Part shown: positions 50,863 to 62,501 of the stretch, piece by piece
How the letters are laid out: the number at the start of each line of letters is the position of its first letter
Position numbering within the stretch: position 1 is the first letter of the stretch
Source: an uncultured Verrucomicrobiae bacterium
GTDB lineage: Bacteria; Verrucomicrobiota; Verrucomicrobiia; Limisphaerales; Palsa-1400
DNA: 64,000 nucleotides
Reading direction: 5' to 3'
NCBI GenBank assembly: GCA_963702845.1
Contig: OY969763.1
Location: forward strand, 2,848,001-2,912,000
Program-made: the position numbers and the translations under genes
Notes under the pieces: model-generated
The model's database searches: none
Seen by the model: the letters and a program-made list of their open reading frames with translations, nothing else
What the model was told of the DNA's origin: nothing

Positions 50863-52011
50863 ATGCAATTGAACAATGACGAGATACGCCGGTATTCACG
50901 GCACCTGATTCTTCCAGAAGTCGGATTGGCAGGACAAAAGAAGATTTGCTCCACCACCGTCCTGTGCATCGGCGCAGGCGGCCTCGGTTCTCCGATCGCG
51001 ATGTATCTCGCCGCCGCTGGTATCGGCAAAATCGGGATTGTTGATTTCGATACGGTCGATTTTTCCAATCTTCAGCGCCAGATCATCCACGGCACAAGCG
51101 ACGTTGGTCGACCAAAAGCGGAATCTGCCAAGGAAACGATCAACAGCATCAATCCAAATGTTGAAGTCGTCATTCACAACACTCGCATCAGCAGCGAAAA
51201 TGCGATCGATTTGATTTCCGGCTACGACATTGTCGTCGACGGCACGGACAACTTCCCGACTCGATATCTGACCAACGACGCCTGTGTGCTTTTGAAAAAG
51301 CCGAATGTTTACGGGTCGATTTTCCGGTTCGAAGGACAAGCGAGCGTTTTCGCCCCGCATCTTGGCGGTCCCTGCTATCGCTGCTTGTATCCGGAACCGC
51401 CACCGCCCGGAATGGTCCCAAGTTGCGCCGAAGGTGGCGTGCTGGGAGTTCTGCCAGGCATCGTCGGAACGATTCAAGCAACGGAAATTCTTAAATTGGC
51501 TTTGGGCAAAGGCAGCTCACTCATCGGCCGCCTGCTATTGTTCAACGCGCTGGACATGAAGTTCCGCGAAGTGAAACTGCGTCGCGATCCGCAATGTCCT
51601 TTGTGCGGCGATAATCCCACGATCACCAAGCTGATCGATTACGAAATGTTCTGCGGCATTCAACCTGAACCGCTTGAGCCGACGAAGCATCCTGACGAAG
51701 TTACGGTGCAAGAAATGAAGAAAGCTTTGGACGACCCGAAACTCGGAATACGTATAATTGATGTTCGCGAACAAGACGAACACGAGATCGCGCACATCAA
51801 AGGCGTTCCTCTGGTTCCGTTGAGCCAGTTGCATGAGCGTTTTACCGAACTCAATCCGAACGAGCAGATTTACATTCACTGCAAGAGCGGCGTGCGCTCG
51901 CTCAATGCGTTGAGATTCCTGCGCGAGCAAGGATTTAAATACGTGAAGAGCGTCAAAGGTGGTATTTCGGCGTGGTCAGACGAAATCGATCACAACGTAC
52001 CGAAATATTAA
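50863..52011 (+). CDS. moeB: MoeB/MoeZ E1-like adenylyltransferase with rhodanese domain
   Basis: RYSRH, GAGGLG, SNLQRQ, CYRC/CPLC, CKSGVRS. Confidence 0.93.
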   Translation: MQLNNDEIRRYSRHLILPEVGLAGQKKICSTTVLCIGAGGLGSPIAMYLAAAGIGKIGIVDFDTVDFSNLQRQIIHGTSDVGRPKAESAKETINSINPNVEVVIHNTRISSENAIDLISGYDIVVDGTDNFPTRYLTNDACVLLKKPNVYGSIFRFEGQASVFAPHLGGPCYRCLYPEPPPPGMVPSCAEGGVLGVLPGIVGTIQATEILKLALGKGSSLIGRLLLFNALDMKFREVKLRRDPQCPLCGDNPTITKLIDYEMFCGIQPEPLEPTKHPDEVTVQEMKKALDDPKLGIRIIDVREQDEHEIAHIKGVPLVPLSQLHERFTELNPNEQIYIHCKSGVRSLNALRFLREQGFKYVKSVKGGISAWSDEIDHNVPKY

Positions 52012-52026
52012 CCTCTGTTTCGAATA

Positions 52027-52067
52027 GAAAAACGGCCCGGGCAGTTACGCCTGGGCCGTTTTCTTTT
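52027..52067 (+). terminator. Intrinsic terminator
   Basis: AAAACGGCCCGGGC...GCCTGGGCCGTTTT followed by T's. Confidence 0.75.
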
Positions 52068-52425
52068 GGGTTTTGTGGTTAGTGCCCTGAAATTCTCCAG
52101 ACCCGGACACACTTCGCCTGCCGCACTTTTTCGTGTGTGAACGCGTTCGTAATAGTCAACGTTCAGCACCAAGTCAAACGCATAAGCATCCGACTTATTA
52201 ACACACTTACAACGCAATGCCGGAGGCACTGACTAGCGGCAACCACTCACCAAAAATCAGGGTCGACGTGGCACGAAATTTCGAAGTGCAGCCGCTGTGC
52301 CAAGCGCTCGCAAAAAGTTTTCATTTTAGAAAATAAAGTTGCCGTCGAAATATTGACCTTCATTTTCGTCGTGCGCATCATGTTCTTCCAATTCGCTTTA
52401 ACAACAGCCAAAGCACAGATTTTTT

Positions 52426-54231
52426 ATGGCCAAGACATCGGTGAAGAAAATTTCAGCAGCCCGCAAACCAAAAACCAACGGTCACATCAATAACGGAGAG
52501 ATAAAAAACACAGCCATAGCAGCAACCAACGGTGCATTAGCAGGCACGCGTTTGGACATCGCCGCAGGCCGTGATTTCGCCGCCGGCGCCACGATGATGA
52601 AGAGTTCGAGCGGTATTGATTTGACGGAAAAAATCAAAGAGTTACTCCGGCTCGCGCAGGAACAGGGTTATCTCACTTACAACGATATCAACGAAGCATT
52701 GCCCGACGGAGTTGTCGCGGATGACTTAGACGAGATATATAGCAAGCTGCGCAATCTCGAAGTTGAGATCGTCGACCAGGCCGAAGTTGATCGCGTCAAA
52801 CAACCGGAACCCGAGGAAGAAGAAGACAAAGTTCGCCTCGATATTCTCGATGACCCGGTCCGCATGTATCTCAAGCAGATGGGCCAGGTCCCATTGCTCA
52901 CGCGCGAACAGGAAGTTGAAATTTCCAAGCGCATCGAAGACGCGGAAAATGAAGTTAAGCGCATCATCTACAGCTTCGGTTTCGCCGGCAAAGAGCACAT
53001 CGCCCTGGCGGAAAAATTGATTTCAGAACCGCCCAAGGAACGTTTCGACCGCGTCATCGTCGATAAAAAAATCGAAGGTCGCGAAAACCATCTTAAAGAG
53101 CTGCGCAAGCTGGTGAAAGATCGTTCGCGTCCTCGACGAAACCGTCGACGAAAAATACAGCGAAGCGCTCGAAACCAGCAAGACCGACGAGGACGAAGCC
53201 GGTCAAAGGAATTTCGAAAAGCCGACGAAAAACTGCAGAAGTCGTTTCCGAAGTTCTACTACAAGCAAAAGGTCATCGAAGAAATGGGTTTGGTCGCTGA
53301 GAACATTCACGACAAAATCCAGGTCAGCCTGCGGACGATCGCCGAACTGGAAGCGCAACGCAAATCGCCGGCACAGCAAAACATCATCCAGGCGAAGAGC
53401 GCAAAATTCAGGCGCTCGAAATTTTCGTCCGCATGCAGCACCAGGATTACATCAAGTCCTATCAGCAGTTGCAGTATTTCAGCCGCAAGGCTATCCAGGC
53501 GAAAACAGAAATGGTCGAAGCCAATCTGCGCCTCGTCATTTCCATCGCCAAAAAATACACCAACCGCGGCCTGTCGTTCCTGGACCTGATTCAGGAAGGC
53601 AACATGGGCTTGATGAAGGCGGTCGAAAAATTCGAATATCGCCGCGGCTATAAATTTTCGACTTACGCCACGTGGTGGATTCGCCAGGCGATCACCCGTT
53701 CCATCGCCGACCAGGCGCGCACCATTCGTATCCCGGTGCACATGATTGAAACGATCAACAAGCTGATGCGCGTGCAGAAGCAGTTGATCCAGGATTTCGG
53801 TCGCGAACCTTCTCCGGACGAAATCGCGGACGAAATGCAGATGCCGGTCGAGCGCGTCCGCGCCGTCCTGAAGATGGCGCAACAGCCGATCTCCCTGCAG
53901 TCTCCTGTCGGCGACAGCGAAGATACCAATTTCGGTGATTTCATCGAAGACAAGTCCGCCGAGAATCCGTCCGACATGACCAGCTACAGCTTGTTGAAAG
54001 ACAAGCTGGGAGACGTGCTCTCCAGCTTGACTGAACGTGAACGCAAAGTTTTGGAACTGCGCTTCGGTCTCGGCGACGGATATTCGCCGCACGTTGGAAG
54101 AAGTCGGCAAACAATTCAAAGTGACGCGCGAACGCATTCGTCAGATCGAAGCGAAAGCGTTGCGCAAGATGCGTCATCCAACCCGTATTCGCCAACTATC
54201 CGGCTTCCTGGAAACCGAAGAACCGGTTTAA
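52426..54231 (+). CDS. rpoD: RNA polymerase primary sigma factor, several frameshifts
   Basis: [32 protein letters not shown] and [16 protein letters not shown] across three ORFs. Confidence 0.95.
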
Positions 54232-54309
54232 ACAACTTTCCCGCCCTAGCGGCGGCCTCCAGTGAGTCGTTATTGCAATCAAACGCGCGAAGCATAAACT
54301 TCGCGCGTT

Positions 54310-54738
54310 ATGTTTTTCCGCAAACTCGCCCTCATCGTTGTTGCTGCTTGCACACTGAACACATTCGCCGCTGAACCGGCGTCGCCTTCGCTGGCGCCAG
54401 ACTCGCGCTGCTTTGAAATGCGCACTTATTTCGCTGCGCCTGACAAATTGGAAGCGCTTCATGCGCGCTTTCGCGATCACACCTGCAAATTGTTCATCAA
54501 ACACGGCATGCAACTCGTTGGCTTCTGGGTTCCGATGGACAAGAATAAAAAATACGAAAATAAATTGGTCTACATCCTCGGCTTCCCCAGCCGCGAAGCG
54601 CGCGACAAGGCTTTCAAGGAATTTGGTCAGGACCCTGAATGGATCAAAGCTCGCGACGAATCAGAGAAGAACGGCAAAATCGTAGAGAAAGTCGAATCCG
54701 TTTTCATGACCGCAACCGACTATTCACCTATTAAATAG
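54310..54738 (+). CDS. Exported NIPSNAP-family protein
   Basis: [24 protein letters not shown]. Confidence 0.88.
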   Translation: MFFRKLALIVVAACTLNTFAAEPASPSLAPDSRCFEMRTYFAAPDKLEALHARFRDHTCKLFIKHGMQLVGFWVPMDKNKKYENKLVYILGFPSREARDKAFKEFGQDPEWIKARDESEKNGKIVEKVESVFMTATDYSPIK

Positions 54739-54930
54739 GCGCCAAATATCCGCAGTAAACCAAAAGCAGTCGCTCGCGTTAACGAGCAACCGCATCGTCC
54801 TGTCCATGTCGTCCATAGCTCGCATGTTGTAACATTGATGAACGCCGGCACTCGGAATGCGACGTCAATGGTTTCTCAATTGAATTTCGAGCCTCAATCG
54901 GTGTAAACTACCGCTCCACAGTCACCACCA

Positions 54931-57900
54931 TTGAGAGTTGTGAGATTCAGATTTATCCCAAAAAGCGCGGTTTGGATTGCTGCCATTCTTGTGCTTGCGG
55001 GGACGTCGCGCGTGCATGCGCTTTCAGGCACCAACCAGATTTCTGCAGCGAACATCAACGTCGTTCAAAACGATACCAGTAATAACGCCACATCGGTAAC
55101 GCTCTCCACCCCCGTTTCCATCAACGATTTTCGGGTCATCAGCGGAACGCAAAGCAGTCGTGGCGATTATTTTGTGCAGATCGGCGCGAGCGCCACAGAT
55201 GACGTCACGAATGGAATTTTAATCTCATGCATTGACCAGAATGGCCGCGACAACGGGGAAACCGGCGATTATTACGGCGTGAATTTCGGGACGAGCGCGA
55301 TCGACAGTGGCGCCTCCACTTCTCCCGGCTCCAGTGGCCAGTGGTGGATACCGGTTTTTCAGGCACCGCAAAATGGAGAATATAACTTCAACGTCGCCGC
55401 TGCCTATTTTCCCTATTCGGAAGGTTGGCTCGGAGGCTGGCTGAGCAATAACAAGGGAACTAACGGCGGCGCGAACAATCATCTCATCGGAAACCCCAGC
55501 TTGCAGATTGGCATCCACGTTATCGATCTGGGTGGCGGCCAGACTACGGTGGATTTGCGTTCATTCGACCTGGACGCACGCAGCAACGCGGTGTTGCTGG
55601 TAGTCGGCGGCAAGAACGAAGCAAACTTTGCGCTGGCCGGGAACAATACGAACGGCACGTGGACGGTTTATTGCCACGATGACAATGGTGGAAACGAGCA
55701 GGATTACGTCGGCTTTGTTTGCGTGCCGTTGACGAACCATACTGTGGTGTCGGGAAGATTTCGTGGAAACGCGGCCATCGCGTTAAAGAGCGAGTCGTTC
55801 ACGGTGACCAGCGTCGGCGTCGGCACGTATCATCTGAGCATTCCGGGAGTGAATCCCGCCAACGGCGTCCTGATTGTGTCGGCTGAAGGCGGCGATGCGA
55901 TCAATGTCGACAATATGGTCAGCTATCAGATGAACGGCGACGGCTGGGACATCCAGACGCGCGATATCACCGCAGGTTACCCGCCCGCATTGCAACAGCT
56001 TCCCGATACTAACGATGTCGCGTCCTTCGTTTTTATCCCTGCCCCGCCGCCACGTTCCCTGACTTGGGTCGGCTCGCCACAAACGACTTGGAGCCTGACC
56101 GGCGGCAATGTCTGGCGTCAAACCGGCAGCAGCACGGCGGATACTTATGCAGATGGCAACTTGGTGATCTTTGACGACTTGGCGTCAAACTTCATAGTTA
56201 CGGTGACGGGAACCGTTTCTCCGAACACTGTCACGGTGTCGAACATCCTGCACAGTTATTCCTTGAGTGGCTCAGGGACAATCTCTGGCGCGACAGGCTT
56301 CACCAAACAGGGTAACGGAACTCTCGTTCTTGGCACGGTCAACAATTACTCAGGCGATACCGCGCTTCTGCAGGGCAGACTCGTGCTGGGCGCATCCGGG
56401 GCGATTCCCGGTGGCGATAATGCGGGCAGCGTTTTGTTGAACGGCATCCTGGACCTCGCGGGGTTCAACACCACACTCAACAATCTCTCTGGCAACGGTG
56501 CGCTATATAATAATGGCAGCGCGGTGACGTTGACTGTGAACGCCGCAACCAACTCGACGTTTTCCGGGACGCTGGGAAATAGCGGTTTCATCAATCTGGT
56601 CGCCACCGGTGGCGGTTCGCTGACCCTGACCGGCAATGATGTTTTCACGGGCGATGCAATCGTCAGCAACGCCACACTCGCGATCAACGGCACGCTGAGC
56701 GCTAATCGCCTCACGGTGCGAAACGGCAGCACGCTTGCCGGAACTGGCGTAGTCAACTGCCCGGTGATTTGCGAGGCCGGCAGTTCGCTTGCTCTCTCGC
56801 CTGCCGACGCGTTGAGCATCAATTCGTCGCTCACACTGAATGGCGAAGTGAATGTTATGGTTGCGGGCAACATCTCGCTGACAAACACTGCGCAATACCT
56901 GCTGCTGAATCACGGCGCAGAAACTGGCTCTGGATTCTTCACGCTCACACAGCCGGCGGGGCTGCAATGCAACGGTTTAAAAGCGTTGCTCGTCGATTCT
57001 GCCGGACAGCTCAAGTTGGTCGTCACCAATGCGCCTCTGAACGGCACTATCAGCGATGTACGCCATGTCGTTTTGCTGATGAACGAGAATCGGTCGTACG
57101 ACCATTACTTCGGGACACTGCACGGCGGACGCGGCTTCGACGATCGCAATGCAATGTTGTTGACCACTGGCCTCAATGCGTTCCACCAGCCGACCGGCTC
57201 GGAGATCCGCCTATGAACTACCTTTCCATTCCAGCGAGCAGTGCCTCACCGATTTGAACCATAGCTGGCCGGTGACGCACACCACCTTCAATAACGGGAG
57301 AAGCGACCAATGGGTACCGAACAAGACACCGGAGACGATGATGTTTTATACGCGCAATGATCTTCCCTTTTATTACCAACTGGTCGACGCCTTCACCATC
57401 TGTGACGAGTATCATGCCTCGGTGATTTCTTCCACGTTCCCGAACCGATTCACGTACATGACTGGCATGATCGATCCGCATAGCACCGGCGGCGGCCCGG
57501 AGATCGACAATTCTACGCCACCCAACGGTTTCACGTGGAAGACGTATCCCGAAATGCTGCAAGACGCGGGCGTGAGCTGGAAAATTTATCAAGTCAACAG
57601 TGACGACGGCGACAACATCACGAAGCAGTTTGCCGCTTACAAAAATGCAAAGCCCGGCAATCCACTCTACGACCGCGGGATGGTCCTTTCGGCCAACGTC
57701 ACTGCCATGGTGAATTTGTTCCAGGGCGACGTGACCGGCAACAAGCTGCCAAGCGTTTCGTGGATCATTGGCCCGAGCGATTACTCGGAGCATCCGCCCC
57801 ATTCGCCCGCCAACGGCGAGATACTCACGAAAGCGATCCTCGATGCGATTGCGTCGAATCCCGCAGTGTACAATTCCACCGTGTTCATCGTGAACTACGA

Positions 57901-59087
57901 TGAGAACGATGGGTTTTTCGATCACGCCATGCCGATTCTTCCACCGCAACCAACAGCCGATGAGTTTGTCGGCAATATGCCGATCGGACTTGGCGTTCGT
58001 GTGCCGTGTCATCCTGGTGTCTCCATGGTCGCGCGGCGGACGTGTCTGTTCACAGGTGTTCGACCATACTTCGACACTGCGGTTTCTCGAAGAGTGGACC
58101 GGCGTCAGATGTCCGAACATCAGCGCGTGGCGTCGCCAGGTTTGCGGCGATCTCACGAGCGCGTTTGATTTCGCGCATCCGGACTTTGTTTATCCAGGCG
58201 GCTCGTTCACCAATCTGACCACCGTTAGTTGTCCTTCGGGCAACACGGTTTCGCCGCCGCTCACGCAAACGGTCCCGACACAGGAACCGGGCACGCTCAC
58301 ACCCGTGCCGTTGCCGTATCAGCCGAATGCATTCTGCACGCTGAATTCCAGCGCGAGCACGCTGACTGTTACGATGACAAACTCCGGCAAGGCGTCTGTT
58401 CACTTTGGGGTTTACCCAAATACTTACAGCACTGCCGACCCGCAACCGTTCGATGTTCCACACGCGACCTCGATTAACACGACGTTCAGCCTTTCGGCAA
58501 CGGCAGGCAAATATGATTTTAGCTGCTATGGCCCGGACGGTTTCCAGCGGCGGTTCGCCGGGAATCTTGCTTCCGACTTCAACAAGATTGAGGCCGTTTC
58601 TATTCTGAATCCGACCAATGGCGCGACCGCGATTGCGCTCGAAAATCTTTCGAGTTCAACGGTGACGTTCGGTCTGACCAATGGCTACACGCTACAGACT
58701 GCGAGTTATGTCTTGCCCGCCCACAGCACAAATATGATCAACGTCGGCGGTGAAACGAACAACGGGCTGTATGACGTGACTGTCACCTCGACCGCGGACA
58801 GCTTCTTTCTCCGTCGTTTCCTTGGCCGGGCTCAGATCATCCCCACCACCCTGCCCCCGACACCGATTGTTTTATCCAACCCGACAGTGGCGAGTGGCAA
58901 CGTTCAGTTTAATTTCATCGGACCCGCCGGACAATCATACCAAGTGCTAGTCACGACGGATGTCGCCGACAGCAACAGTTGGCAGATCATCTCGTCGGGA
59001 GTCTTCGGGAATACCATTGAGACGTTCAATGATCCGAGCAGTGTCAGTAGCCATACGACGCGTTTCTATCGAGTGGTTTCACCCTGA
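54931..59087 (+). CDS. Large secreted fusion: unknown N-terminal domain, autotransporter-associated beta-strand repeats, phosphoesterase/phospholipase C, DUF756-like domains, FYRV tail; frameshifts near 57205 and 58008
   Basis: TKQGNGTLVL..NNYSG repeats; ENRSYDHYFG, TFPNR, SEHP, YDENDGFFDH, FDHTS. Confidence 0.8.
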
Positions 59088-59115
59088 GCCCTAGGTTGAG
59101 GGTCGGAAGTGATGG

Positions 59116-59136
59116 GCCGCCTAAAGGCGGGACTTC
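59116..59136. repeat. REP-like palindrome
   Basis: CCGCCTAAAGGCGG hairpin. Confidence 0.4.
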
Positions 59137-59337
59137 TTACTGCCCGAAATCGCTCTTTTTTTACTTAACCTACCGTTGGTTACCTTTGCTTACCGATGGT
59201 TACCGAATCGAATCCAGCAAAACGCAATCGAGTGCACCTAACACGCGTCTTCGCTTCTGATTGCATCAGTTTAGGCGAAGTGTATTCTTTTCAAGATCCT
59301 CAAAAGTTTGAGCGTTCGGGATTGTCTTATTTGGCGT

Positions 59338-61500
59338 ATGAAACAGTTGACTGGCTGGAAAATAGTCGCGGCGCTGGCGTTGATCTTCAGCATGCCAGAA
59401 ATTAACGCACAATCACTGCAAGCTGCAGACGCATCGTTCGCGTGGGTGAATTCCTTGACCGGCGCCGACGGGAACATGCCGAACTTCGATTTCGATACCA
59501 ACGGAAACTGTTACGCCGTCTGCCATTTTCATTCGACCAATGCGGTTATCAACGGAATCACCCTGACGAACAGCGGAACCGGCTATGACACGGTGGTGAT
59601 CAAGTATAACAATCAAGGGCAAGTGCAGTGGTTCAAGCAGGCAACCGGCGCCGCCAGCGACTTCGGCCTCGCAGTGGCAGTGGACCCGGCCGGCCCGGTT
59701 TATGTGGTGGGAAGTTTTTATTCTGCCGTGATGACTCTCGGCGGCTTTTCGGTGACCAATTCGACTGGCACAAGCTCGTCGGATATTTTCGTCGCTAAAT
59801 TCGATACCAACGGGAACGTGCAGTGGTTGCGATGGGGTGGGAGCAGCGGAATCGATACTTGTTATCATGCGCGGGTGGATCACGATGGAAACCTGATGAT
59901 CCTGGGGACGTTCGCCGCAAGTAGCATCAAGTTCGACACCACTACGCTCTCAGCAACCGCCAATAATAATCTCTTTTTGATGAAAGTTGATCCAGCGGGA
60001 CACGTAATCTGGGCGCAATGGGCCGGAGGTGCTAACGGAGCCGCGGGATACCGGATGGCTGTGGATTCTTCGGATGATTACTACATAACCGGCCCTTTCA
60101 GCGGGACTGTGTCGTTCGGCAGTCACACTGTTGTGTCGGCCGGGAAGCATGATGTTTTCGTCGCGAAATATGATACGGACGGAAATGTTTTGTGGGCGAT
60201 CAGTGGCGGGGGAAGCGCGGAAGACGAAGCATTCGGAATCGGAATTGATCCGTCGGGAAATTGTTATGTTTCGGGCTATATTGCTTCAGCCACGGCAACG
60301 TTTGGAACGAATACCCTGCACACAGCAGGAGGCAACGATATTTTCGTAGCCAAGATTTCTCCGTCGGGATCGTTTCTTTGGGCTCGAAGTGCGGGCGGCC
60401 CCGGCGACGATCGGGCTCAACCCGTGGTCTTCGATTCCCAAGGGAACGTTTACCTGGGCTGCCATTATTCAGGGAACGCGACCTTCGGCAACGTCACCTT
60501 GACCAACGCCGGAGGGGAAGATATCGCAGTCGTTAAATACGATCCGAACGGAAATTTTCAATGGGTGATTTCAGCAGGAGGCTCCACTGACGACGAAGCG
60601 AGTGCCATTGAGTTCGATCCTTCCGGCCATTTGTTTATTTCGGGATACTGTTCCTCGAACTGTGTTTTCGGAAATCTTGTCGTCACCAACACAGTCAGCA
60701 ACGGCATTTACCTCGCGCGCCTGGACTTTTCTGTGCCGTCGGCCGTCAATATCATTAATTTTTCGACGACCAATGCTTCAGGATGGCTTGCAACGGCGGG
60801 TGGGGCTGTCGACGCGATTCCGTATCACGACGCGAGTACTATCACCATCACGAGCAACGCTTTCAGCAACGGCACTTTCCTGCAAGGCGGCAGTCTCGCC
60901 AATTTTGACGGCTTCTGGACGGCAAAATACGTTTTCACCCTGCCCTACGGCGCGACCAACATCGTTTTGGTTTATTCCAACCTTCTCTCAGACGACCGCG
61001 TCGTCTTTGAATTAAACGGCACAGCCATCGGCGCAACCGGCGGTCAAACAACATCCGGGCTTACCTCCGGAAAAATGGTCTTTACTGAAGGCGGCCCATC
61101 GCAAAGCTATTTCTTCAGCGGGCCGAATGGCGCAGTCAGCAACACGGTAACCGGCGGTTTCATCGTTCCTGGAACCAATGTTCTATATGCCATCGTTAAT
61201 AACACCGGCAGCGGAATTGGAGGCGACTTAAAGACTCTCACAGGCGGCCAAGGTGGCGACGGCACAACCTTCGGTGTGAAAGGCACAATTGAATATTCAA
61301 TCACACCGCCCGTCCTAACTGGAATAACATCCAATGCGAATTACCTAGTCAGTTGGCCAATCGGCTACACCGACTACCGTCTGCAAACATCCACTAACCT
61401 GGGCGACTCGACCAATTGGACGGACATCACAACAGTGAGCAATTCCCTACAGACAAACTCCACCGACGCCGCGCGTTTCTTCAGGCTGATAAAACCCTGA
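59338..61500 (+). CDS. Secreted SBBP-type beta-propeller protein with FFRL tail
   Basis: Repeats of DxxGNxYV.G..DIFVAKYD.NG..W; signal peptide. Confidence 0.85.
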   Translation: MKQLTGWKIVAALALIFSMPEINAQSLQAADASFAWVNSLTGADGNMPNFDFDTNGNCYAVCHFHSTNAVINGITLTNSGTGYDTVVIKYNNQGQVQWFKQATGAASDFGLAVAVDPAGPVYVVGSFYSAVMTLGGFSVTNSTGTSSSDIFVAKFDTNGNVQWLRWGGSSGIDTCYHARVDHDGNLMILGTFAASSIKFDTTTLSATANNNLFLMKVDPAGHVIWAQWAGGANGAAGYRMAVDSSDDYYITGPFSGTVSFGSHTVVSAGKHDVFVAKYDTDGNVLWAISGGGSAEDEAFGIGIDPSGNCYVSGYIASATATFGTNTLHTAGGNDIFVAKISPSGSFLWARSAGGPGDDRAQPVVFDSQGNVYLGCHYSGNATFGNVTLTNAGGEDIAVVKYDPNGNFQWVISAGGSTDDEASAIEFDPSGHLFISGYCSSNCVFGNLVVTNTVSNGIYLARLDFSVPSAVNIINFSTTNASGWLATAGGAVDAIPYHDASTITITSNAFSNGTFLQGGSLANFDGFWTAKYVFTLPYGATNIVLVYSNLLSDDRVVFELNGTAIGATGGQTTSGLTSGKMVFTEGGPSQSYFFSGPNGAVSNTVTGGFIVPGTNVLYAIVNNTGSGIGGDLKTLTGGQGGDGTTFGVKGTIEYSITPPVLTGITSNANYLVSWPIGYTDYRLQTSTNLGDSTNWTDITTVSNSLQTNSTDAARFFRLIKP

Positions 61501-61750
61501 ACGCACTCATCACTCGCCCCCGCAACACCGCCGTCACCGCATAATGATCCGACGGAAATCTTCCTTCCGCCGATTTCGTCCGGTCTATCGTCGCCGAGAT
61601 CGCGTGCAGTTCGGGCGTGTGCAGAATGAAATCAATCCGCGAGCCGTGCACCGTTCCTTTGAACCCATGAAAACTGGCCTCGTCGGGCGAGCGTTTCGGG
61701 TAGACCTCGCGGTAGCTGTCACTGAAGTGCGCCATGTCCGGCTCCGACAC
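61481..61750 (-). pseudogene. C-terminal fragment of an endonuclease/exonuclease/phosphatase-family gene
   Basis: FHGFKG..RIDFIL..PSDHYAV, with the N-terminal and GDFN motifs missing. Confidence 0.7.
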
Positions 61751-61776
61751 ACGGGTTCGGTTCTTAGTATTGACAA

Positions 61777-62493
61777 CTAATCAGATCGCACCGTCGCGAC
61801 GTGCCAGTCGAAGAAAAGTTCGTTGCGCACGGTTTTATGAGCGGGGCCTGCCGGCAGGAAGTCAAAATAATAGGCGGCTGGCTTTCCATTTTCCTGATCC
61901 ACATCTGTCAACGCCCAGGACAGGGACGGATTGTAGATATCGCCGATATGTTTCGGCGGCTCGTTGGTCCCTGTATTATATGGCGGCTTGGTGTAGGGGT
62001 ATCCGAACGGACGGCTAACCGTGCCCGAAGTCACATTGGTGATTTCGAGAGCGGCCATGTAACTCAGCGGCACATAATTGGACATCAGGGGCGTGTCTGC
62101 CGAAACCGACTTCCAATGCTGGGCAGCCGATGGGCAGCGCGCGAGCGGAGCGTCGTGAGGTGTCACCGATGGCGCGGGTAATCCCATGTATGGGGCAAGG
62201 TAATATGGCAGACGCGTAAAATCAAGGTTGTCGTACTCTGCATAGAGGCCGAGCCAGGCCGGGCCGGGCAATTGATTAGCGTGATCGCCGGCGTATAATT
62301 CGATGGCGATGCCCAGTTGCTTCAAATTATTGACACATTGCGTCCGAGCACTTCTTTCCTTGGCCACGGATAATGCGGGCAGCAAGAGCGCCGCCAGAAT
62401 CGCGATGATGCCGATCACGACCAGCAGTTCCACGAGTGTAAAGGCTGGGGTTTGTTTCCCGGTCAATAAGATCTTGGGTTTGGTGATAAACAT
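61777..62493 (-). CDS. Prepilin-type protein (DUF1559-like, H-X9-DW variant)
   Basis: [39 protein letters not shown]; starts 8 nt after the ECF stop. Confidence 0.9.
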   Translation of the reverse strand: MFITKPKILLTGKQTPAFTLVELLVVIGIIAILAALLLPALSVAKERSARTQCVNNLKQLGIAIELYAGDHANQLPGPAWLGLYAEYDNLDFTRLPYYLAPYMGLPAPSVTPHDAPLARCPSAAQHWKSVSADTPLMSNYVPLSYMAALEITNVTSGTVSRPFGYPYTKPPYNTGTNEPPKHIGDIYNPSLSWALTDVDQENGKPAAYYFDFLPAGPAHKTVRNELFFDWHVATVRSD

Positions 62494-62501
62494 ATTTCTC
62501 C

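Noticed and set aside
52426..54231. Programmed frameshifting or pseudogenisation of rpoD
   Set aside because: Several scattered indels in an essential gene, with similar errors across the window, fit assembly error better.
118..62493. Diversity-generating retroelement acting on prepilin or ECF paralogs
   Set aside because: No reverse transcriptase, no non-coding template repeat, and differences are not adenine-specific.
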